A stretch of 64,000 bases of DNA from a virus. Lineage: Duplodnaviria; Heunggongvirae; Uroviricota; Caudoviricetes. Location: positions 53,712 through 117,711 of the IMG/VR virus record IMGVR_UViG_3300037488_000489. The stretch is one strand, 5' to 3'. Shown here piece after piece: positions 53,201-61,412 of the stretch. The notes below the pieces were generated by a model. It saw only the letters and a program-made list of their open reading frames with translations, did not search any database and was not told where the DNA came from. Both the position numbers and the translations under genes were made by a program. How positions within the stretch are numbered: position 1 is the first letter of the stretch; every line of letters begins with the position of its first letter.

Positions 53201-54895
53201 ATTGATACAGGTTTTCAAAAACATTTGTCTGATGTAGCAGGAGTTGATACTGTATTTGGTGGAGATACATTTATTGGTAGATTTGCTTATAAAACTAAAC
53301 TTCCTTTCTTTATTGATAATAGAGTGGGGGCTCCTGATGATAGTGATATTTTTTATGATGAATTAGGTAATGTTGCCTACCCACAATACTGGTACTCAGC
53401 TAGATCTATACTAAGCAATTATAAAGCTGGTGCAACAATAATGAAAAATATTATATCTATTAAGGCACATTATCTTGATTGCCCTAATGATTATACTTTT
53501 ATAAGTAATACTACTACTACTACTTCTACTACAGCTGCTCCAGGTAGTACATCTTTGAGTGATGCAACCTATTCATATGACGGTAAGATGTATCTATTTG
53601 CTTATGGTATTCCTTATTACTATGTAGAAAGTTCTATAAATGTAGACTTGCGTCAAGCATTTAATAACTTAGAAGGTGATTACTATCCACACGTGAGCTC
53701 AGGTATTCCTGATAACTGGTTACAACAATCTGTTGTTCCAATTCAGTTTGACAATACATATACATATAATGTAACGTATTCAAAACAGAATAAAGAAAAC
53801 TTCTTCTCTCACTTACCTGTAGATTTTGATGACGACCAATGTTATACAAGCTTTCCATTCAGAGCAGTTTATTCTGAGGCACAAGCAGATAATCCAAGCG
53901 TAAGAGTAAATAGTTGGTTAAATTATAAACCTGTAGCATTCTTTGATTTTCCTCAAAACTATGGCAAGTTAACATCACTAGATGGTATTCAAAATAAAGC
54001 TGTGTTAGCTAGATTTGAGAATAAGTCATTGTTATACAACACGTTGTTAACAATGAATACAAGTAATCCTCAAGCTGCTTATTTAGGCAATCCTTCTTTA
54101 TTTAGATCTGCTCCTCCAATTGATTTTGCTGAGACAGACCTTGGATATGTAGGAAGTCAAAATAAGTTCTTATTAAAGATTCCTAATGGACAAGTGACTA
54201 TAGATGCCAAGAGAGGACAAGTATTTCTTATTAATGGAATGGGTGGTCAAATACAAGACTTATCTGCATTTGGTTCAGGACTTAATAAGTTCTTTACAGA
54301 CCATCTAGCATTTGAAATCTTACGTTACTATCCTAATGCTGATACAGATAATCATTTTAATGCTTGTGGTTTACATGGTGTATATGATAGTAAGTATGAT
54401 AGAATCATTATTTCTAAACTTGATTATATTCCTCAACCAGCATATGCAAGTGTTATTAAATATGATGAGTTGACAGGTGAATATTATATTGATAAAGCTT
54501 ATGGTGATTTATCTTTAAGAAAGGTAGTTAGTTTAACAGACAGACAATACTTCTGTAATAAGTCGTGGACTTTATCATACAGTGTAAATATACAAAGCTG
54601 GGTTAGTTTTCATAGTTATATTCCTAACTGGTACATAGCAGAAAATAACTTCTTCTACTCAGGACTGAATGAAGGATGTGACTTAGAAGCTATTGCTGTT
54701 ATGGAGATTCCTAGCCCAACTACTACAACTACAACAACGATAGTATTAAATTGTAATTTAGATGGTACAGCAGTATATGGTACAACAACTACTACAACAA
54801 CTCCTACTCCTCCTAATTGTACATTAACTGCAGGAAGTGCTGTTGTAGTAACAAGTGATTGTACATTAACTGCTGGAACAGCTATTCTCCAATAA
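50264..54895 (+). CDS. giant virion protein (1543 aa), probable tail/baseplate host-recognition protein with poly-Thr linkers
   Basis: Single uninterrupted ORF. Several poly-Thr linkers ('TTTTSTTAAPGST', 'SPTTTTTTTIVLNCN', 'TTTTTTTPTPPNCTL'). C-terminal duplicated 'CTLTAG(S/T)A' motif. Confidence 0.55.
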   Translation: MAEQEQGNIRQEFSLGRTGLNMDSSVNQVEKGKLTYALNASVENFSATAVNYQNEPGNELCLNFPENFHLIGTHFIQEKNQHIFFLTNPETGASQIGYMDNNDCIYHMYVEGLCLNFNINYPIQKAVHKISNCSTEIYWTDGLNPRRYLDLDNIPYITTFPDGVICDPIVTPILDCNKLKIQPNFSIPDLEVVDVINGGDLKAGTYQFAIQYCSAQGDAYTSYYSVTNPTPIANPKLTTANFDYAVGRSIVIDISNIDLTGYFEYYNLAVIKTINDITSVQLVGTYFIDGATNQITYTGQDVTAISLAIADIFEKFPYYEIAQDLTAVQDILVWDQLTSIDKINYQSIASKIDLQWQTYKIPAGETYADELNATNLRGYLRDEIYAFEIVFLLRNGKQTDGFHIPGRAATADDLVIVNKSTNADFIGTGTTAPYWKIYNTASVVGTAIGPNIGSATPYEFGNFAYWESNEEYPCNTFLYGDLAGQKIRHHKFPDILVSPMFESQAPNYNFPELQKANALYPIGVKINTQQVTSLIDNSNLTADQKADIVAYKIVRGDRATNKSIVAKGMLRNVGTYEREGTQYYYPNYPYNDIKTDPFLLKDNNAYNAQCQTFKVVVATVGTMQITDCYTGEVTAVAMPLGMTSICSITVPLVITGSATFTNVTAVSYTLTSYLSIPSTSTTFIYTDPVTLVSVNVTVPINTSITVSSTTVPSRVSGSPRYTILETTNNKNTNCYPVNLSGFDNSSKYRMVFNSPETSFGQPYLGNVLKLESAMFGGGRAHFVQVKNHALYKLITKQAQVDALTSSYNIANITAPFNATAMFTAYQAYLTIYINGISRRNFTYSFNSTAQYDYNADVQNAAPDAFGNIGVKQRELDLYQYLIPGFQSVGDVYNVNNFQRESSVYLKTLDAITPLPFAEQTPSLVVAGNSLITDDSRFTISSRDNCASPEMQEPIKVVSYYGSIKNININQWGQLYSYQTIDTGFQKHLSDVAGVDTVFGGDTFIGRFAYKTKLPFFIDNRVGAPDDSDIFYDELGNVAYPQYWYSARSILSNYKAGATIMKNIISIKAHYLDCPNDYTFISNTTTTTSTTAAPGSTSLSDATYSYDGKMYLFAYGIPYYYVESSINVDLRQAFNNLEGDYYPHVSSGIPDNWLQQSVVPIQFDNTYTYNVTYSKQNKENFFSHLPVDFDDDQCYTSFPFRAVYSEAQADNPSVRVNSWLNYKPVAFFDFPQNYGKLTSLDGIQNKAVLARFENKSLLYNTLLTMNTSNPQAAYLGNPSLFRSAPPIDFAETDLGYVGSQNKFLLKIPNGQVTIDAKRGQVFLINGMGGQIQDLSAFGSGLNKFFTDHLAFEILRYYPNADTDNHFNACGLHGVYDSKYDRIIISKLDYIPQPAYASVIKYDELTGEYYIDKAYGDLSLRKVVSLTDRQYFCNKSWTLSYSVNIQSWVSFHSYIPNWYIAENNFFYSGLNEGCDLEAIAVMEIPSPTTTTTTTIVLNCNLDGTAVYGTTTTTTTPTPPNCTLTAGSAVVVTSDCTLTAGTAILQ

Positions 54896-54910
54896 ATAAA
54901 TTAAAAATAT

Positions 54911-55540
54911 ATGTCACAAACAGTAATTATAACAATCGCAGCAGCAGGAACTGATACAGGTCCATTTAATATTTTTTCTAATTTAGATTATGTTACTCCG
55001 TTTGCTACAGGAATAGCAAAATCAGCTTTATTAGCTGGTTACACTTCAACTGTAGTACCTGATGGAGCTACGTCAGTTAGAGTAAAATCAAATAGTGCTA
55101 GTTGTACAAATTATGTAGATATGTCAATAACAGGTGGACCAACAGCTCAATGTAGTTTTGCTGGAGGTCTCACTGAAATATATTCTCTTTTAACTAATAA
55201 TGGGCAAAAAACTGTTGTGGCTATTATGAGAAAAAATAATGGTAGTAATATTACAGCAACAACTGTTGCTTATAATTCTACTGGAAGAGCATTTTTAAGT
55301 GGTACTACATGGACTGATTCTGATACTTTAGAAATAATTTTAAATGATACAGTAAGTGGTCAACCTATGACTATTGTAAATCCAACATTATTTCCTAATG
55401 GAAGTGTGGCATTTTCTCCATCAAACATTGCAGGTCAAGGTACATCAACGGTAACATTGACTTTTAATGGTGATGGTAGTGGATGGGGATTAGGTCGTAG
55501 TATGTTTTGGTTTAACTTCACATTTTCAGCAAACGCTTAA
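54911..55540 (+). CDS. tail appendage protein with type-B N-terminal anchor module (209 aa)
   Basis: N-terminus 'AAGTDTGPFNIFSN...LLAGYTSTVVPDGATSVRVKS' paralogous to 46168.. and 55969.. Confidence 0.5.
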   Translation: MSQTVIITIAAAGTDTGPFNIFSNLDYVTPFATGIAKSALLAGYTSTVVPDGATSVRVKSNSASCTNYVDMSITGGPTAQCSFAGGLTEIYSLLTNNGQKTVVAIMRKNNGSNITATTVAYNSTGRAFLSGTTWTDSDTLEIILNDTVSGQPMTIVNPTLFPNGSVAFSPSNIAGQGTSTVTLTFNGDGSGWGLGRSMFWFNFTFSANA

Positions 55541-55561
55541 TAAATATAAAATTAAAATAAT

Positions 55562-55960
55562 ATGAACTTGTTAGTAACGTTAAATTCATCACTAGGGGCA
55601 GATTTAGGACCTAATTTTAATCTCACAGCAGACGTAGGAAGTGTTGGACCATCAACAGCTACTAGATCAGAATTACTTGTTGGTAAATCAGTATCAGTAT
55701 CTGATACAGCTACACAATTAAATATAACATCAACAGGTGCTTGTACCAACTCTTTAGATTTATTAATAGACGTTCCACCTTCTTGTACATGTAGACAAGG
55801 TACAATAACAAATAATAATGCATTCTCATATACAGATTGTTCTGGGGTATTATTCTCAGGAGGAGCAGAACAAGGTTCAGAAGTTTGTGTAAACATTGAT
55901 CTTCCTTACAGTGCAAATATTGGTAATTTAACTACTTCTGTAATCTGTAATTGTAATTAA
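55562..55960 (+). CDS. short tail appendage protein with type-A N-terminal anchor module (132 aa)
   Basis: N-terminus 'LGADLGPNFNLTADVGSVGPSTATRSELLVGKSV...TSTGACTNS' paralogous to the N-terminus of 44900..46153. Confidence 0.5.
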   Translation: MNLLVTLNSSLGADLGPNFNLTADVGSVGPSTATRSELLVGKSVSVSDTATQLNITSTGACTNSLDLLIDVPPSCTCRQGTITNNNAFSYTDCSGVLFSGGAEQGSEVCVNIDLPYSANIGNLTTSVICNCN

Positions 55961-55968
55961 TAAAAAAA

Positions 55969-56835
55969 ATGTCTAAAACAGTAATAATAAAATTAACAGG
56001 AGCTGGAAACAGAACAGGACCATTCAACATCTATGATGATTTGGGTAATGTTTTGGGCACAGCTGTGTCCAAAGATAATATTATTGATGGATACACAGTG
56101 AGCGTTGCTGATGCAGTTACTGCAATTATTATAGAATCTATAGGCAAATGTACTACTAGTATAGAAGTGAATATTACAACAATGACTGTTGAACAAATAG
56201 CTGCTGTTGTATACACTCCAATCAATACACCTTCTTTATGGAGACATCTTACTAATACAACTATTTATAATAAATATTATGATGTTGTAGAGCCTTATAT
56301 TATTGAATATCCATTCTCATATCAATCATATGATGAGATACTTCAGAATGTAAAAGACTATACAAAAGCTTATAAATATCTACCTATTCCAGATGGTGTA
56401 TTTAATGATAATGCTCAGATAGAAACAGATAACCATTGGTTCAATAAAGCAGTATTATATAACGGTCAACAGTCTACAGGTGTATTAGAATTGGTACCAA
56501 AACCAATTAACAACCTAAAAGCCTATTTACAATATCCTTTATATAATGCTGAGAGTAAAACTATCATGTATACTAAATCTGATAATTTTTATCAGTATAA
56601 TACTTTTTGGAGTTTAGTTAAAAATAAAGCCGTACCTTTGTTTACGGTGAGCTGTGAGTCATTATCAATAGACAAGATTGTAAATCAAGCTAATATGGAT
56701 TACGGAAAAAGATCATATAAAAAAGAACCTTTAAGAGCTAAAGAACTTAAGGTGAGACACATTCTTGATAATACATCAGAGGCTCAATTAGTATCTCAAT
56801 TCATTATTACACCATCTCAAATCTCGTTCAAATAA
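55969..56835 (+). CDS. tail appendage protein with type-B N-terminal anchor module (288 aa)
   Basis: N-terminus 'LTGAGNRTGPFNIYDD...' is the third member of the type-B family. Confidence 0.5.
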   Translation: MSKTVIIKLTGAGNRTGPFNIYDDLGNVLGTAVSKDNIIDGYTVSVADAVTAIIIESIGKCTTSIEVNITTMTVEQIAAVVYTPINTPSLWRHLTNTTIYNKYYDVVEPYIIEYPFSYQSYDEILQNVKDYTKAYKYLPIPDGVFNDNAQIETDNHWFNKAVLYNGQQSTGVLELVPKPINNLKAYLQYPLYNAESKTIMYTKSDNFYQYNTFWSLVKNKAVPLFTVSCESLSIDKIVNQANMDYGKRSYKKEPLRAKELKVRHILDNTSEAQLVSQFIITPSQISFK

Positions 56836-59800
56836 TGGCTAAGTGGTTAGATAAATATGAACAAGGAGGCTTGGTTCTAAAGAAAAAGACCAAGGATAAC
56901 TTTGACTTAAAAGCTAATCCTAATGATGTAAAAGCATCCGTAGGTCCTGGTTACGTAGGAGATGGTTATGATACAACAGGTAGAAACTATTCTCCTGCAT
57001 GGGGGGGTCAGTTTCAGGATGGTGGTGCACTTCCTGAGGTGACAGTATATGGACATAGAAATCCAAGTGCAAAAGCTTACTTTGACAGATGGAGAAAAGA
57101 AGCTGAATCATGGCAAGATCGTGAGTCACCTGTAAATAGTCCTATGTCTTCCTATCTTGCAGGAGAACAGATGTATACTAAATATAAAGGTCATGATATA
57201 AAAATGCTTGATGAACAAGATAGACCTATGCTTAGCGTTACTCCTTTTGGTGATACTTTACAAATACATAATCCAGAAAGTGATTATCGTGGTGATTCAC
57301 TTATTAGTGAACTAGCTCATAAAGTACAATTAAATAAAAAAGGTAATCTAGGATTTATTAAATCACATATTGGTAATGATTACTTAAACACATTAAAGAA
57401 CATGAGTTTAAGTGATATATTTAATGCAGACTCATGGAAAAGTGCATATGATAAAAACTATTATGCTCCAGGTACTCAAGAATATGAAGCTCATTCTATT
57501 ATTGAACCTAAGTTGAGAGAAGAGTTTAAAGTATTAGCTGATAAAGAATATGAGAAGCTCACTCCTAGTAAAAAGAAAGCTATGGGTGGAAATATTCCAG
57601 GTACTGTAGGATTCACATACGCACGCACAGCTGGCTCAGCTCCTGCTAATGGTAAGTATACTAAGAAGACTAAAGCAAGTGCTCAGAATGGAAAGAAGTT
57701 GTATGGTGCAACTGATGAAGAAGAAGAGAGTGTTAAAAACTTTGCAAAAAATTATTATGCATCTGACAGATTTAAAGAAAATCTTTATGATAAAGGAAAT
57801 TTTGGAATTAAAGATAGATCAGCTCAAGTTAGTAAAGATGCAATTAATAAAATTAATAATTTAAGTTATACTTACAAACCACTTGATCGTACAGGATTTG
57901 ATAAAGGAAACATAATAAATATGGGTAATCCTAATGAGTATTTAAATGCACCTAAGGATTTGGCATTTGCTCATGAGATGTTTCATCCAATGGAAACTGA
58001 AATATTATCATCACAGCCTAGAAATGTGATGGTGATGTTAAACCATAACGCTTTGAAAAATAGAAAGGGAGATGCAAATGCTTTATATCAAGATATGGTA
58101 GATCCTCTACCAACATATATAGGTGGTGTTGCTCATTATCTTCCAGTTGGTGATAAGATACAACATGAAATAAAAGATTTTGCTACTAACGAACAAAGCC
58201 TTTCTAGTACGTCAATGCATGATGATTTAATTGGAGAAGTTAGAGCAGACATAATGGCTCTTAGATATTTGGCAAACAAGAAAGGAATATGGGATGTAAC
58301 TAAATCAGGAGTTAAAGATATGACTCCTGAGATGTTAAATGAATTATATAAATCTCCAGAGTTAAATAAACAGATGTATAAATCAAGTTCATCTGGAAAA
58401 ACAACATATCTACCATCTAAAAAAGCTAAAGAACCAGGAAGTTTAAAAGCAGTTGATCCTCCTAAAAATCCAGGATTAATGCTAGATAGACTTAGACAAA
58501 GATATTCTGATGCAGACTTATTATATTTAATGAATAAGCTTGCTTATGAAAGTAACAATCAAGATCAAACAATTGCTCAGAATGGTAAAGAAATGGCTTT
58601 CTACCAAAATGGATTAGATTTTAAACCTAAGAGCATTAGTCAAAATGGTGTAAAGAAAAGCAAGAAGTCTGAGCCTGAAGTTTCACCATATAAACCAGTA
58701 GATGCAAGCAATGCTAATACAATTAGATCTCTTATTCCAGCACCTTTAAATATTTCTCAAGCACTAGCTAAAACTATTGCTAGTGAAGCAAGGTTAAATG
58801 AGACATCATTAGATGATGATCAGAAATTAATACTATGGAATACAATACAGAATGCTAGAAAAAGATCTGGTAAACAAACTGGTGGTGGAACACAGTATTC
58901 TGATTATGGTGATCAAGGATACGGAACAGGTGAAGACTTTGATAATTGGTTTAATCGTGGAAAGATAGGAGCATTAAGTGGTGTATATAATAGTTTAACA
59001 AATCCAGGATTTGTAATGGCTAGTACTGTTGGTAGAGGACGTTATTGGACAGATCCAGAAAATCCAGATGATATAAACTATACAGATGTATATGACTGGA
59101 ATACTAGTGAGAAGAATTATAAAGGTGGTAATGCTTATCAGAAGATAAGAAATCTAGTAAGGTCAAATGAAGATAAGAGTTTGAATAAAACTAAGAATGA
59201 TAAGACCAGAATGAATATTCATCTTACTAAGAAAGAGATTGATGATATAAAAGCAAGAAAAGAAATGAAACTTAGTAGTCTTATTGCTTTTGATGAAGGT
59301 GGTGTAATAAAAGATGACATGGGTCAATGGGCTCATCCAGGTGAGATAACAGAGATAGGTTCTAATAACATTACTATGCAGGGAGTTGACTATCCTGTTC
59401 TTGGTGTATCTGATACAGGTGATACGCAAATGATGTATCCTGGAGAAGATTACAACTTTGATGGTAACAAGGTTACAGAGTTTCCTATGATGGAGAAAGG
59501 TGGATGGTTAGATAAATACAAAGCTCAAAGTGGTGAAACAGTAGCACCATATGGTAGTCTTCAAGGAGATTTACCACCAGTGACAGTTACTTCTAGTAAA
59601 CCATCTAAGTGGGGCAGTATGAAGTTTGCTCCATATGATCCTAGTAATCAACCTACTATTTCTCAATGGAATCCTAAACCAGGAGAAATAGAAGCAATGG
59701 CTGCTGCAGAACAAGCTAGAAGAGATGAAGAGAATAGTTTTTATAATAATAAACATATCAAAGCTCTTCGTAATAGTGCATTTGCTGATTGGAGGCCTTA

Positions 59801-61394
59801 CGCTGTTGCTGGTGGATTAACAGCTCTTCCAGCTATAGGTAGTGCTTTAGGTTTAGGATCTACTGGTGCTGCAATGTCTACTCCTATTGCAGCAGGAATA
59901 ACAGCTAATCATTTGTTAGGTGCAGCTGCTGTTACTCATGGAATTAATAAACTTCCTGAAACATCACAGTCAGTAAAAACAGCTTATAACAATCCTACTT
60001 CTGAAAATATAATAAATGCTATAAATGATGTTGGTTGGAATGCACTTGATCTTGCACCAGCTGTTCCAACATTATCAAAGATTGGTACAGAAGCTAAAGG
60101 TGTATATAATACAATAGCTACAGGTGAGTCAGCTTTACCTATTGCTTGGAAAAGTCCAGCTGTAGGTTTAACTCAAGAAGCTAGTGCAGATATGTTTAAA
60201 GGGATAGCTAATGCAAATAAACTATCAGATGCTGATAGAGCTTTGCTATTAGAATATCAATATGATAGTAAACCTTTTACAGGAAGAGTATATGGTGCTG
60301 GTGTACCTAATATTGATCAAGCTAAAAGACAAGCTTTAAATAATATTATTAAGAATAACGAATTAAACTTTAATAATGATGCTGTTCTTACAAGAAAATT
60401 TAATCCTGATAATAAATCATTAGGAGCAGAATTTACAAATGGTAGATTAAATTTAGGAGATCGTCCAACATCTTTCTCAGCTGGTGTTGGAAATTCTAGT
60501 TATGGTAGTGGTTCTGTGGATAGAGTAGTTGTACCAAAAAGATATTCTAAAAAGATGGGTGATAAGTTTTTAGCAAACGAATACGGAATCCCATCAGATA
60601 AAACTTTTGATTTACTTAGTGGGGAAGCTAAAAACTTTGCTGCAGCTAGAGGTGTAATGCCTGATGATATAATTAACGTAGAAAGAGAACTTATTGGAAC
60701 AGGATTAGATTTTAAAAGAATTGGTAAAGTGAAAAATGATATAGGTGGTTATGATTATATTGTAAGACCAAAAGATGCAACTTTTGCAAAGTACCTTACA
60801 GAAGAAACACCTTTAAAGAATGCTTATAAGTTAAATCCTTATGCATTTAAACCTACAGAGGGAATGATGTATAGAGGGATTGGTAAAGAAGGAATGGAAG
60901 ATGCACTACAGAGTGGTCTGTTTAGAGCTAAACAAGATGTAACTCCTACTAGTATAGGTAACTTTAATACTACTAGACAATTTAGTAAAGCTTATTATAG
61001 TCCTAGATTTGATATAGCAGATCAGTATGGACAAGGTTTTATTGCTGAGGTACCAAGAGAAGCTTCTGGATGGGGTAAAAGATATGGTACTAAAGAATGG
61101 AGTCAAATAGCTCAAAAAGATATACCTATAACTGAAGGTAAAGTTTTACAGAAAGATTGGTTAAAAAGATATAAAGAAGTTCCTAAACCAACTAATACAC
61201 AAAGAGTTACAAGAGGTCCTATTAATTGGTGGGATGAACCTAAATATAAAAAACAAAATCCAAATTTTGATCCTCAGACATATTTAAATAATCCTGTAGG
61301 TAATCAGTTCTATTCAAGAGATATTCCTGAAGGAATGGAACCTAGATATTTTGAAGACAATAAAAATGGTGGCTGGCTAAATAAATATAAATAA
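56835..61394 (+). CDS. giant virion protein (1519 aa) with three GGWL(D/N)KYK repeats
   Basis: Motif at N-terminus (AKWLDKYEQGG), middle (EKGGWLDKYKAQSG) and extreme C-terminus (NGGWLNKYK-stop). Structural-module position. Confidence 0.55.
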   Translation: MAKWLDKYEQGGLVLKKKTKDNFDLKANPNDVKASVGPGYVGDGYDTTGRNYSPAWGGQFQDGGALPEVTVYGHRNPSAKAYFDRWRKEAESWQDRESPVNSPMSSYLAGEQMYTKYKGHDIKMLDEQDRPMLSVTPFGDTLQIHNPESDYRGDSLISELAHKVQLNKKGNLGFIKSHIGNDYLNTLKNMSLSDIFNADSWKSAYDKNYYAPGTQEYEAHSIIEPKLREEFKVLADKEYEKLTPSKKKAMGGNIPGTVGFTYARTAGSAPANGKYTKKTKASAQNGKKLYGATDEEEESVKNFAKNYYASDRFKENLYDKGNFGIKDRSAQVSKDAINKINNLSYTYKPLDRTGFDKGNIINMGNPNEYLNAPKDLAFAHEMFHPMETEILSSQPRNVMVMLNHNALKNRKGDANALYQDMVDPLPTYIGGVAHYLPVGDKIQHEIKDFATNEQSLSSTSMHDDLIGEVRADIMALRYLANKKGIWDVTKSGVKDMTPEMLNELYKSPELNKQMYKSSSSGKTTYLPSKKAKEPGSLKAVDPPKNPGLMLDRLRQRYSDADLLYLMNKLAYESNNQDQTIAQNGKEMAFYQNGLDFKPKSISQNGVKKSKKSEPEVSPYKPVDASNANTIRSLIPAPLNISQALAKTIASEARLNETSLDDDQKLILWNTIQNARKRSGKQTGGGTQYSDYGDQGYGTGEDFDNWFNRGKIGALSGVYNSLTNPGFVMASTVGRGRYWTDPENPDDINYTDVYDWNTSEKNYKGGNAYQKIRNLVRSNEDKSLNKTKNDKTRMNIHLTKKEIDDIKARKEMKLSSLIAFDEGGVIKDDMGQWAHPGEITEIGSNNITMQGVDYPVLGVSDTGDTQMMYPGEDYNFDGNKVTEFPMMEKGGWLDKYKAQSGETVAPYGSLQGDLPPVTVTSSKPSKWGSMKFAPYDPSNQPTISQWNPKPGEIEAMAAAEQARRDEENSFYNNKHIKALRNSAFADWRPYAVAGGLTALPAIGSALGLGSTGAAMSTPIAAGITANHLLGAAAVTHGINKLPETSQSVKTAYNNPTSENIINAINDVGWNALDLAPAVPTLSKIGTEAKGVYNTIATGESALPIAWKSPAVGLTQEASADMFKGIANANKLSDADRALLLEYQYDSKPFTGRVYGAGVPNIDQAKRQALNNIIKNNELNFNNDAVLTRKFNPDNKSLGAEFTNGRLNLGDRPTSFSAGVGNSSYGSGSVDRVVVPKRYSKKMGDKFLANEYGIPSDKTFDLLSGEAKNFAAARGVMPDDIINVERELIGTGLDFKRIGKVKNDIGGYDYIVRPKDATFAKYLTEETPLKNAYKLNPYAFKPTEGMMYRGIGKEGMEDALQSGLFRAKQDVTPTSIGNFNTTRQFSKAYYSPRFDIADQYGQGFIAEVPREASGWGKRYGTKEWSQIAQKDIPITEGKVLQKDWLKRYKEVPKPTNTQRVTRGPINWWDEPKYKKQNPNFDPQTYLNNPVGNQFYSRDIPEGMEPRYFEDNKNGGWLNKYK

Positions 61395-61412
61395 ATCATA
61401 CAAAAGTTCAAT

